This document shows, one piece after another, positions 53,451 to 62,408 of a DNA stretch of 64,000 bases. This stretch comes from an uncultured delta proteobacterium (GTDB taxonomy: Bacteria > Desulfobacterota > Desulfobacteria > Desulfobacterales > JAFDCJ01), in NCBI GenBank assembly GCA_963769935.1, contig CAVYNY010000001.1, forward strand, positions 102,471 to 166,470. Direction: 5' to 3'. Position 1 is the stretch's first letter. Each line of letters opens with the position of its first letter. A program made the position numbers and the translations under genes. The notes under the pieces were generated by a model. It was not told the DNA's origin and did no database searches. It saw only the letters and a list, made by a program, of their open reading frames with translations.

Positions 53451-53957
53451 ATGACGCCTTTATACGACGGCATCGTCCGTTTATTTTACAGATTGGCCTA
53501 CAGGACCCTGTTGTCACTATGGTTTTTTACCAGACCGACCGTTTACGGCGTCTATATTGCCGTATGGCACCAGGAAGAGCTGTTGATTATTAAAAACTCC
53601 TATAAAGAGCGATTTACCATACCATGCGGGCGAATAAAACGTGGGGAAGATTCAGCTGAAGCCGCTGTCCGGGAGCTAAAAGAAGAAGTCGGCATTGAAG
53701 TCGAGAAAAGCCGACTAAAACCCATCGGCGAATACACCGCCAAACACAAATATGCACGCGATGTAGGCAAATTCTTTGAAATCGAGATGACCGAACTGCC
53801 GCTCATACGTGTGGACAACCGGGAGGTTGTCCTGGCACGGTTCATGCCTCTTGAGCGCGCCCGCAAGTTGGACCTGAATCCAACAGTAGAAGCCTGGTTG
53901 GGAAACCGGCAGCAACTCAACAAACTCAATCAACTCAATAAACCCAAAAACTCATAA
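53451..53957 (+). CDS. NUDIX hydrolase
   Basis: GRIKRGEDSAEAAVRELKEEVG Nudix box. Confidence 0.9.
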   Translation: MTPLYDGIVRLFYRLAYRTLLSLWFFTRPTVYGVYIAVWHQEELLIIKNSYKERFTIPCGRIKRGEDSAEAAVRELKEEVGIEVEKSRLKPIGEYTAKHKYARDVGKFFEIEMTELPLIRVDNREVVLARFMPLERARKLDLNPTVEAWLGNRQQLNKLNQLNKPKNS

Positions 53958-54419
53958 CAGCGCATTTTTCAACAGCGTCATGGCTGCCTGGCCGCCTTCC
54001 GATTGCGCATAATCCAGAATGACACTGGTGAATTTGCTGACCATGTCCGGCGATAATCCGAGTTTGCCGAAGCTGTCCGCCAGAGCGGATACCCCTTGAG
54101 CCGATCCGGATGAGCTACCGAACAAGGAAGTCGCCTTGGATGCCAAACCACCGACTCCACCGGCTTCAGGGGCGGCTTTGACCAGCGAATCGATACCGGG
54201 CAATGCGCTTAGCAGCTGGGAGTAATCGCCGGCACTCATGTTGCTCTGCGCTTGTTTAAAAATCGCGCCGGCCCCGCCCTCGGCCTGTGACTGGCTCACA
54301 CCGAGCTGATCAACCAATTGTCCGATCAGTGTGCTGGTATCGGCCGAAACAGACCCGGCCACCCCGAACATTAATATTGAGAATAAAACCGAGGCCTTGA
54401 TCAATAGCTTTGTTTTCAT
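53952..54419 (-). CDS. DUF2780-family secreted protein
   Basis: Signal peptide; QLGVSQSQAEGGAGA and F.KLGLSPDMV motifs. Confidence 0.8.
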   Translation of the reverse strand: MKTKLLIKASVLFSILMFGVAGSVSADTSTLIGQLVDQLGVSQSQAEGGAGAIFKQAQSNMSAGDYSQLLSALPGIDSLVKAAPEAGGVGGLASKATSLFGSSSGSAQGVSALADSFGKLGLSPDMVSKFTSVILDYAQSEGGQAAMTLLKNALL

Positions 54420-54678
54420 TTCCCCCTCCTTCAATTTAGCGGCCCGATATGCCCCATAACTTGCTATAATTGCGTTAAATACTGACCCTCTTGAACAATA
54501 GCTGAAAAGCAACAAACGAATAATAAGCATACCGGTTAAAGTATGCAATGGAGATGGTTCGTGAAATAAAAACGTCAGACCAAAACGAACCGCTAATGTG
54601 ATTTGGGCCTCGTTTTTATCTTCTCCTCGACGATTTGGTTAATCGCCTGCCGGTTCTGCATCCGCAGATCGTTCGTTC

Positions 54679-54829
54679 AAGGCCGAAGGCGCCATAGAGC
54701 CCCGCAAGCAGGTCGGCGATGGGCAGCGACAGCCGAATCGGACCGCTCTCCCGGCTCCCGTTGACGCTCATCAATCCGCTCATGGTCTGAGCGATGAAGT
54801 CAAAGGCCGGTCGACCGGCTGATGGGCCG
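54679..54829 (-). pseudogene. Fragment of a class III (CaiB/BaiF) CoA-transferase
   Basis: RPAFDFIAQTMSGLMSVNG...PIADLLAGLYGAFG, no start codon. Confidence 0.7.
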
Positions 54830-54835
54830 CCGGGC

Positions 54836-55768
54836 TCAAGCTGCCGTTTGGTTTTGAGGCGGATATTGTCTCAGTCGAAGACCAGCCTTCATTACCTGAC
54901 CCGGCAACGTGCGTCCGATCACCTGTTCGACCAGCCTGGCGCATTCAATTAGTTTTGGAAGGTCCACGCCGCAATCAAGCTCCAATTCCCGGATCAGATA
55001 GACCAGGTCTTCCGTTGCCACATTGCCCGTTGCACCGGGAGCAAAAGGACAACCGCCCAAACCGCCGATCGAGGATTCAAATCGTTGATATCCCAATTGA
55101 AGTGCTTCATACACATTCACCAGCCCGATGCCGCGGGTATTGTGGAAGTGAAGCGCGAGCTCGATTTCCGGGAATCGGTCTTTGAGGTACCGCGTGGTTT
55201 GACGTACCTCCGGCGGCGTCGCCATGCCGGTGGTATCTCCTAAAGTGACCGTGGCTATTCCCAAAGCCCGCATGCGCTCAACAATGCTGCCGACCTGTTG
55301 CGGGGCGACGTTGCCTTCGAAGGGGCAGCCAAACGCTACCGCCACCGCACCGCGCAAGGGTATTCCGGCTTTGGCCCCGATCCGGGCGACGCTTTCGAAG
55401 CCTTTCAGAGATTCAGCGATTTTTTGATTGACGTTGCTCTTATTGTGGCTCTCGGTAGCCGAAACGAAAACCACCATTTCATCTATTCCGGCTTGGGCGG
55501 CATTTTCAGCGCCCTTCGGATTTGGAACCAGCGCCGCCAGGCGCAACCCCGGCACCCGGTTGACGCCGGCCACGACTTCAGCGGCATCGCGCAATTGCGG
55601 GATGGCCTTGGGCGATACAAAAGAGGTCACTTCGAAGTTGCGCAATCCGGATTGGATAAGCTGATTGACAATCTCGATTTTTGTTGCAGTTGGAATAAAT
55701 TCGCGCTCCATCTGGAAGCCGTCGCGGGATCCAACTTCAACAATGGTAATTTTCGATGAAAGCGTCAT
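54836..55768 (-). CDS. Hydroxymethylglutaryl-CoA lyase
   Basis: EVGSRDGFQ, AFGCPFEG, HFHNTRG and GLGGCPFAPGATGN motifs. Confidence 0.93.
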   Translation of the reverse strand: MTLSSKITIVEVGSRDGFQMEREFIPTATKIEIVNQLIQSGLRNFEVTSFVSPKAIPQLRDAAEVVAGVNRVPGLRLAALVPNPKGAENAAQAGIDEMVVFVSATESHNKSNVNQKIAESLKGFESVARIGAKAGIPLRGAVAVAFGCPFEGNVAPQQVGSIVERMRALGIATVTLGDTTGMATPPEVRQTTRYLKDRFPEIELALHFHNTRGIGLVNVYEALQLGYQRFESSIGGLGGCPFAPGATGNVATEDLVYLIRELELDCGVDLPKLIECARLVEQVIGRTLPGQVMKAGLRLRQYPPQNQTAA

Positions 55769-55784
55769 ATCGTGGTCTCCTGTC

Positions 55785-55895
55785 AAGCGTTTCGGCCGGA
55801 TCAGAAATATGCAAGGTAGAACCGGGTTTGAAATAATAGCGGAAGATGCCGTTCCTGATTTTTTGATAGGCTTGATCGGCCAAAGATAGTCGATT
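55785..55895 (-). pseudogene. GntR-family HTH N-terminal remnant
   Basis: SLADQAYQKIRNGIFRYYFKPGSTLHISDPAETL, running directly into the lyase RBS. Confidence 0.6.
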
Positions 55896-56276
55896 CGGTT
55901 TCGTTGAACCGGCTGCCGGCTTTAGAGCACCTGCCTTCAGAGCTGAACCGCGTTGAAGCAGATAATCAAACTATTGCGCTGCCGGATCGCTATCTGACAC
56001 TGCATTATAAAAAAATCTGTAAAAAATACAAGTTGGATATAAAGAAAGCCCAAGTAGCTTCCCTCCCCAGGGGCGGGATTGAAGGAGGAGGGGTAAAATA
56101 GACAGCATTCCTTTTACTTGCTCTTTCTATAAATCCGGATTTACTAATTCTTGACAAAACTCATGATTCAGCTTACTTTAGTGGCACACTCGTTCTTTCA
56201 CATACCCCTTTATTACCCACCATAACAACTTTCAGCTTTGAGCTAACAGCTGGGAGCTGCAAACGAAGTTTGTGCT

Positions 56277-56632
56277 GGGGGCGAAACGGATTCGACGGGG
56301 ACAAAGAAGCTTTGGCTGCATACCGAGCTTTCCTGTCTGCTCGTTAAACGACGGGAACTTAAACATAATCGCAGATGATTATGCATATGCTCTGGCCGCA
56401 TAAATAGGCCAGCGCCCTGTCAGGTTAATCCTGCGGACCTGATAAGGACGTCGACTAGCGGGATAGCCATCCCGGCTGCCTGTGACGGGAAGGGCGAAAC
56501 TTAAGCGGGCTGGCCGTTTAAAAATCCTGCCTGAAGGAGTTTTAAACGGTAAGATTCAAATTTCAGGCTAAGTATGTAGATGCCCGAGTGGAATGTTTGC
56601 GGACGCGGGTTCAACTCCCGCCGCCTCCACCA
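56277..56632 (+). ncRNA. ssrA: tmRNA
   Basis: 5' GGGGGCGAAACGGATTCGAC; 3' GCGGGTTCAACTCCCGCCGCCTCCACCA; tag ORF ADDYAYALAA* at 56371-56403. Confidence 0.97.
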
Positions 56633-56795
56633 GTCTTCGTTCGAAACGCAGTGCAGAACGAAGACTGTCACGGCGTAGCCTTCAGGCGAAGCCGGACTCA
56701 CTATCAATACCTATCCGTTTGCGTTTCGAACTACGCCTTGGCAAGCCGATATAAACACAGTCTTCGTTCGAAACGCAGTGCAGAACGAAGACTGT
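56631..56795 (+). repeat. Two identical 38-nt hairpins with a structured spacer
   Basis: CAGTCTTCGTTC-GAAACGCAGTGCA-GAACGAAGACTG-T at 56631-56668 and 56758-56795. Confidence 0.9.
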
Positions 56796-56805
56796 AAGTG
56801 ACAAT

Positions 56806-57257
56806 ATGAAAGGCTTCCACTATGTTTACATCCTTGTCAGCCCAGCCGCCGGCCAAAACAACGGCCGGTCTGATCATAAAAGAAACTTTTGGAAATCGGA
56901 CACAGTTGGATTTAATATCACGCCCACTTCGTTAGAGCTCACAGAGACCGCAGAGAACATTTTTCTTTCGCCGCAGGCGCCTGTAAACCCAGACCTCTGT
57001 GATCTCCGAGCGCTCTGTGTGAGATGTAGTTTCATATGAGTGAACAGGATGAAACGCGTCACTATACCGGTCTCACCGAAAATTTGCAAGATCGCCTTAA
57101 AGCCCACAACGCCGGTCAAGTATCCCATACATCCAAATTCCGACCGTGGCGAATCGAAACGGCAATCGCCTTTCGGTCCAAGGAAAAAGCTTCCGAATTC
57201 GAAAGATACCTAAAGTCTCACGCCGGCAGAGCTTTTGCGAACAAAAGGCTCTGGTGA
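56806..57257 (+). pseudogene. Small GIY-YIG nuclease (UPF0213/YhbQ-like) split by a 200-bp insertion
   Basis: Removing 56841-57040 gives 83 aa: MKGFHYVYILVSEQDETRHYTGLTENLQDRLKAHN...FERYLKS... Confidence 0.88.
56841..57040 (+). mobile_element. Family A GTCAG-targeted element with about 140-nt cargo
   Basis: Same ends as 31636-31803; precise removal restores the host ORF. Confidence 0.88.
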
Positions 57258-57441
57258 ATTCAGTCACCTTTGAGTTGCATGCGAAGTGTTCAAACCGAAC
57301 TCGACCTTAAAGTCAGTTGCCTTTACCACCGGCTTAACCGTTCGCTCCTGCTTAAGTGAAGCTCCGCCCGCAGAGCGGGAGGCCTCAGGAAGCCCCCTGC
57401 AAGGGGGCTGGATTAAGCGCTTATCAATTTAATTCCGAAAC

Positions 57442-57542
57442 CCCTGGCCCAGACCGTTTGGGCATAGGTTTTTGTTTAAAATATCGGATGATCAAACGCC
57501 CCGGCCGTGCATCTGAACCTAATAAGTCGCGCCAGGGCGGGC
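57442..57542 (+). mobile_element. Family B 101-bp fixed-end element, copy 3
   Basis: CCCTGGCCCAGACCG...TCGCGCCAGGGCGGGC inside a CGAAA-type heptamer array. Confidence 0.75.
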
Positions 57543-57549
57543 CGAAGCA

Positions 57550-57827
57550 CGAAATACGAAACAAATTCAAATGTCTAAAAATCCCGCTGGCAGAAAACCA
57601 AACTCAAAATGTGTTAAAAAAATTATGGGACGCGGATCTTCACAGATTTTCACAGATAAAATATTTCAGGTCCGCCTGGCGGCGGAAGCTGCAGTGCAGC
57701 ATCGTCTGCGGGAAGAAATTAGACTTTTTTTCTCGCCCAAGGCGATGGGGTTCATTGGTTTTTGAATCTGTGTGCATCTGTGAAAATCTGCGTCCAACAT
57801 TTCGTATTTGTTTCGAATTTGGAATTT
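57550..57827. repeat. Nested palindromic repeat element
   Basis: Outer CGAAA-type arms; inner GGACGCGGAT..CACAGAT (57628-57657) mirrored by ATCTGTG..ATCTGCGTCC (57766-57795). Confidence 0.8.
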
Positions 57828-57943
57828 TTAAATGGCCGTCTGTCTCTCACCGGATCGGGTCGGGATAGAAATAAGGACAAATCCGATAATCCGAGGAACG
57901 TTAGTACCCTCTTTTGGCGCAACCCCGTCCACCGGCATCCCAT

Positions 57944-58048
57944 TTATTGGAGCGTATCAAAGCGAGTTTGTTTCTTCACATGGGTAACGGAAAACCATTT
58001 GATGACATCACGATGATTGCGCTGCGCCGGACACCCACAACGAATTAG
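57944..58048 (+). pseudogene. C-terminal fragment of a SpoIIE/PP2C-type phosphatase
   Basis: LLERIKASL...PFDDITMIALRR. Confidence 0.55.
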
Positions 58049-58376
58049 TCACGCCGTGCCATGGGCGCTTTTGCTCGATCCGGATTCAGCGCTCACCAAT
58101 GAACGGCGTTGATCATTCGTGGCTTGACACAAAACACTCTTCCTGCCATAGTGTCCGATGAAAAAAGCCGCATTCGGCCATTCTGAACAACGCTGACACA
58201 ATCGCTACGCTCGAATAAAAATATTTCAAGAAATCGTGACCAGAATCCGATTTCATTGAGTCGCTGCGAAGGGGACGTTGCCAAAGGGGGGAGGTACCAT
58301 ATCACATTGTTTCCTGTGACGAACCTGCTCCATTCAGCGGAATGACCATTAAAGACTTAGTGGCAGGCGACCAAAA

Positions 58377-59372
58377 TTGAGTGCCGGTATGAACGAACAG
58401 TGCTCTAATAATGAGAATTTCGCCGGTTGGTGCTTGGAAGAATACAGCGAAAAAGACCAAGTCCTGCGCCAGCTCCATATGACGCCATTGCCATTTAGAA
58501 TCGGCCGCCATCCGAAACTTTCTCTATGCCTCGACAGCCGGGAGATTTCCAGATTGCATGCGGAGATCTACGCAATGCAATCAAGCCTTTGTATTCGAGA
58601 CCTTGGGAGCACCAATGGTACCTTTGTCAACTACAAACGCTTGCAGGAGCCGATTAGACTCTACGATGGCGATATCATCCACTTTGCGCAGCGCGAGTTT
58701 AGGATTGTTCGCGAATCGCTGGATTTAGCCAGTTTCGGCTTGGAAACGGATATCTATCCCGGAGAATTGCCCCAAAACTGACCTCACGGCGCCCAGGCTC
58801 TGCAAAAGCTGATTCACGAAAAGGCCGTTACCACCTATTTCCAGCCCCTGGTAAATCTGTTGGACAGCCAAATATTCGGCTACGAGATTCTGGGTCGTGG
58901 GAACCTGCCGGGGTTCGTAAGATATCCCATGAAGCTGTTCCAAATCGCCTCGACGATCAACATGTCTGCCCAGTTAAGCCGTCTCTTTCGACAAACCGGT
59001 GTTTCGATTGGATCGACCTTGCCCGGCCGTCCGGTTCTGTTTATTAACACGCATCCGTCCGAGGTGAGGGACTGGAAGAGGCTGGTCAGAAACTTTCAAC
59101 GCCTGCGATCCAGGTTCCCCCGCCTGCAGTTTGCGGTCGAGATCCATGAGGGTGCGGTCACCGATCTGTATCAAATGAGATCGCTGCGATCCTTGTTAAA
59201 GGAACTCGACATCATGCTGGCCTACGACGATTTCGGCTCCGGTCAGGCTCGCCTGCTGGAGTTGGTCGAGGTGCCGCCTGATTATCTGAAGGTTGATCGC
59301 AGATTGATCCGAGATATTCATCTGGCATCAACCGCACAGGCAAGTTCTGCTACACTGATCATCGAAACGTAA
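58377..59372 (+). pseudogene. FHA-EAL (c-di-GMP phosphodiesterase-like) protein with internal TGA and C-terminal truncation
   Basis: FHA (IGR, SRLH, STNGT) and EAL (YFQP, YEIL.R, DDFGSG, LKVDR) in the same frame across TGA 58779-81. Confidence 0.8.
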
Positions 59373-59476
59373 ATTTCAGATTTATCTGCAGTTAGAAGGG
59401 CTCTAGCTTCTTTTGAAATAGTTGAGGGTTCGGATATAGCATAGATAATGCAACAAGTATCCAGCAGCAGTTTCAT
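59318..59476 (-). pseudogene. VapC/PIN toxin, 3'-truncated
   Basis: MKLLLDT...YVSMISVAELA; collides with the truncated EAL gene near 59330. Confidence 0.75.
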
Positions 59477-59716
59477 CTCCGCAGCATGTCCCAGCTGTCT
59501 TCCGGGATCAGAGGCTGCGTCAGATCGCCTTTTATCCGGACGGTTCCCAAGCCGCAGCCAAGCTGTGTTCGGTTTGGGGTGCTCCTGGAACGGTGGGGAA
59601 CCAGCAAGGCAATGGGGGATATTGCGCTTGCATATTTCAACCACTTCACCCTGTTCCACAAAGTTGATGAATTTGCTGAGATTATCTTTAAGGTCGCCTA
59701 TGTTAGTCGTTTTCAT
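59473..59716 (-). pseudogene. Phd/YefM-family antitoxin, frameshifted at a C5 run (minus strand)
   Basis: NIGDLKDNLSKFI..VEQGE.VEICKRNIP / IALLVP...GDLTQP. Confidence 0.75.
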
Positions 59717-60132
59717 GGCTAAAATATGGGCTAAAAATTTGGCCAGGTCAAGCAACAAAATCGAAATCAAAAAAACCGAAGATGTGCGTCTTTGATCCAC
59801 ACCCCGGCCTCCTGCGAATAGATGCTCAACCGACATTTTTCAATTAAAAAAGTTTGCGCCTGCACTGTTGAATATCGCTATGTGACTCCACCTTAAGGGG
59901 GATTCAACCGGGCTATGTCGGCTTAGCTCTGCAGTTAGTTGTTGGTGAAATCTTCCAGCTTCCAAGCCTCCTGGCTTCCCGGCCTTCCAGCTCTTTTCTC
60001 CTTTATTCTTTGACCTTTAACCTTAGCCTTTAGTCTTAAAGCTATCCGAGTTTCTCGTAATTATCTTGACTGCTTACATATTTTTGATTATTATTCAGCA
60101 AAGTTAGCAATTTAATCCATTGGAAAAATGAG

Positions 60133-60447
60133 ATGATACAGAAAGATCTTTTGAAGCAAGTAAAAATTGCAGTTCAAGAAATTGAACCTGAAGCCGAAAT
60201 TTTGCTTTACGGTTCAAGAGCCAGAGGAGATTCCACCGATCAATCTGATTGGGATTTTCTAATTCTGGTTGACGGCAAGGTGGACGACAATAGAACTGAC
60301 CGTATTCGCCACCGACTCTATGAAGTTGAATGGGAAACTGGTGAAGTTATTTCATCAATTATAAGAAACAAAAAAGAGTGGAAAAGCAGTGCTTACAGAT
60401 CAATGCCAATTTATAGAGTCATAGAGCGAGAAGGAATTGCATTGTGA
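60133..60447 (+). CDS. Minimal nucleotidyltransferase (MNT) antitoxin
   Basis: LYGSRARGD....SDWD motif. Confidence 0.9.
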   Translation: MIQKDLLKQVKIAVQEIEPEAEILLYGSRARGDSTDQSDWDFLILVDGKVDDNRTDRIRHRLYEVEWETGEVISSIIRNKKEWKSSAYRSMPIYRVIEREGIAL

Positions 60448-60845
60448 CCGATTGGAACAGCGATCTGATTCAGTACCGACTAGAACGAGCATTTGAAACG
60501 CTAGAAGATGCTAAAATTCTTCAGAAATCACGAAGATGGAAGGCCTGTGTTAATCGACTTTACTACGCCTGCTACTACGCTGTTTCTGGGCTCCTCTTGC
60601 AAAAAGGCTTGTTTTCTTCGAAACACACAGGGGTTAGGAGTTTGTTCAATCTTCATTATGTGAAATCAGGTAAAGTACCCAAAGATTATGCAAAAACCTT
60701 TAACGATCTTTTTGAACGCAGGCAAGAAAGCGACTATGTTGATTTCGTACAATTTACTGAGTCACAGGTTCGTCCCTGGATTGAAAAGACTGAAAAATTT
60801 GTTGCATTTATTGATGACCTAATCCAACGAGACCGGGAAAAATAA
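60444..60845 (+). CDS. HEPN-domain protein (UPF0332-like), partner of the MNT
   Basis: NRLYYACY, SKHTGV..LF and RQESDY motifs; 4-nt overlap with the MNT gene. Confidence 0.9.
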   Translation: MTDWNSDLIQYRLERAFETLEDAKILQKSRRWKACVNRLYYACYYAVSGLLLQKGLFSSKHTGVRSLFNLHYVKSGKVPKDYAKTFNDLFERRQESDYVDFVQFTESQVRPWIEKTEKFVAFIDDLIQRDREK

Positions 60846-61166
60846 TAATTCCGAGATCCGCTGATGTCGAAGTTTTAATGGAATCCCTCCCTCAGCATTC
60901 ATTGCGCAGTTCTCTCTCACCCCTTCCCTGCTTCTCTCCGTCTCCGATTCCCAGCATCCCCGCTTCCCAGCTTCCGTGCCTTTAACAACTATTCTCATTT
61001 TTCCCAATAATTTTAAAAAGTTACCAATTATCCGCTATCATACAGGAAAGCTTATAAAAACTCACCCAAGGCATTCAAAAATATTCCAAAAATGTACAAT
61101 TTGACGCTGCATCGAAACTTCAAAACCGAAGGGCGTCCCGCAGCCGCAGATTAAGGTGATAAAATG

Positions 61167-61472
61167 TTACTTTAAAAATTTCTTTCTACGGACAATAGCG
61201 AGGCCACCAATACCGAGACCAAATAGAAGAAGGGTTGCGGGTTCTGGGACCGCAATTGGCTGGACAGTCTCTCTGTCAGACATGGTATAACCATTTCCAG
61301 CCCTTTGGATAGCCGCTTTTGGCGCGGGATGATTACTTCCAGCACCACCGCCTCCTGATAAAGCATAGGCATTTCCAGTCGGAGTAAAGTCAAGTGCAAA
61401 GGGTGCCAATAAAAAGGTGAGGCTTAGCGCCAGACAAAATAGAATTTTTAACTTAGAACCTTTCATCTTCAA
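61167..61472 (-). CDS. Small PEP-CTERM protein
   Basis: Signal peptide; VPEPATLLLFGLGIGGLAIVRRKK. Confidence 0.9.
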   Translation of the reverse strand: MKMKGSKLKILFCLALSLTFLLAPFALDFTPTGNAYALSGGGGAGSNHPAPKAAIQRAGNGYTMSDRETVQPIAVPEPATLLLFGLGIGGLAIVRRKKFLK

Positions 61473-61796
61473 CCTCCTTTTAAATTTGTAGTAAGCTATA
61501 ATTAGTTATACTCAGCAATTTTAGGCTTCTGATATCCTCTCCAGAAACCTTTTCCCAATCATTTTCAATAAAGTTTTTAATTTCAACCTGTGGCAATTTG
61601 AATATCATTTCTCCCGATCTCACACCAACCGCCGTTTAAAAATCTCATGGTTTAAAAAAGGTTTCCCCAAAAGAGGCATCAATGGGAAGTAAGGTCGGAC
61701 ATTATAAAACACCTTACTCGGCGCCCAATATTCTCAAAAAACAGCAGAAAAAGACTTGCTTACAAAACAGAAGTTCGGAAATCTCATATGGTTAAA

Positions 61797-62120
61797 TCAT
61801 AACTCTCCCAATAATCTCACACCACACCCCTCATCGCTGCTCCAGGCGACTTCCCCCATAAATTTTTCATAAGCATCATTTGCCTGAGGTATGGCAATAT
61901 TTATTATGTCACCCTTGAGGAAGAATTCTCTTGCCCGTATAAAAAATCCGGTCGGGCTGAGGTTTTTAAGATTAGCCCTTATAAGGAGGTTTTTATATTC
62001 ATAGAAAATGGATCCCGAAGTTTCTTGTCTTGTTTGCTCCCTTCTGTCACCAAACGGCATGGTACCGGATGAATTCAAGATCGTTCTCCTTTCATTTGAT
62101 TTTTTGGTTCGGTTAATCAA
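61797..62120 (-). CDS. PilZ-domain protein
   Basis: RREQTR (RxxxR) and NLSPTG motifs; GEVAW....GCGV. Confidence 0.75.
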   Translation of the reverse strand: MINRTKKSNERRTILNSSGTMPFGDRREQTRQETSGSIFYEYKNLLIRANLKNLSPTGFFIRAREFFLKGDIINIAIPQANDAYEKFMGEVAWSSDEGCGVRLLGEL

Positions 62121-62392
62121 TTTCTTTCACCCTTCTACAGACTTTCTATCGACTCTAAGCGCAATAGCCATGCAATATAGGTTCAATTAATCTTGTTTTT
62201 TGATTCGCTCATTCGTGACAATCCAGACTGGATCAATTCTGATTTTCTCTTTCCTTTACACCTCTTCAGTTTACCTTGATTTTACCTCCATTTCACGAAA
62301 CGTGCTCTCCGCTTGCTGCTTCGTGCCGCTTTTCATGGTGTCCTGTCGGAACTTGGTTTGACTGGGTAATCGTGATCATGGAAATGGTTAAT

Positions 62393-62408
62393 TGCAAATA
62401 TTCTGCCA
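62393..62408 (-). promoter_or_regulatory. Putative sigma-54 -24/-12 promoter
   Basis: TGGCAGAATATTTGCA on the minus strand; IHF-like site and palindromic sites upstream. Confidence 0.55.

Noticed and set aside
56631..56795. Two identical 38-nt repeats as a CRISPR array
   Set aside because: Only two units, an 89-nt self-structured spacer complementary to the repeat, and no cas genes.
57356..57868. 170-aa ORF and other ORFs across repeat stacks (2134-2544, 31556-31891, 33680-33931)
   Set aside because: They are translations of non-coding repeat elements.
58110..58310. c-di-GMP riboswitch upstream of FHA-EAL
   Set aside because: Only a partial GGGACG match; the GGCAAA/GCAAA consensus elements are missing.
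58779..58781. In-frame TGA in FHA-EAL as selenocysteine
   Set aside because: Lies in an interdomain linker with no redox motif, and the gene is also truncated.
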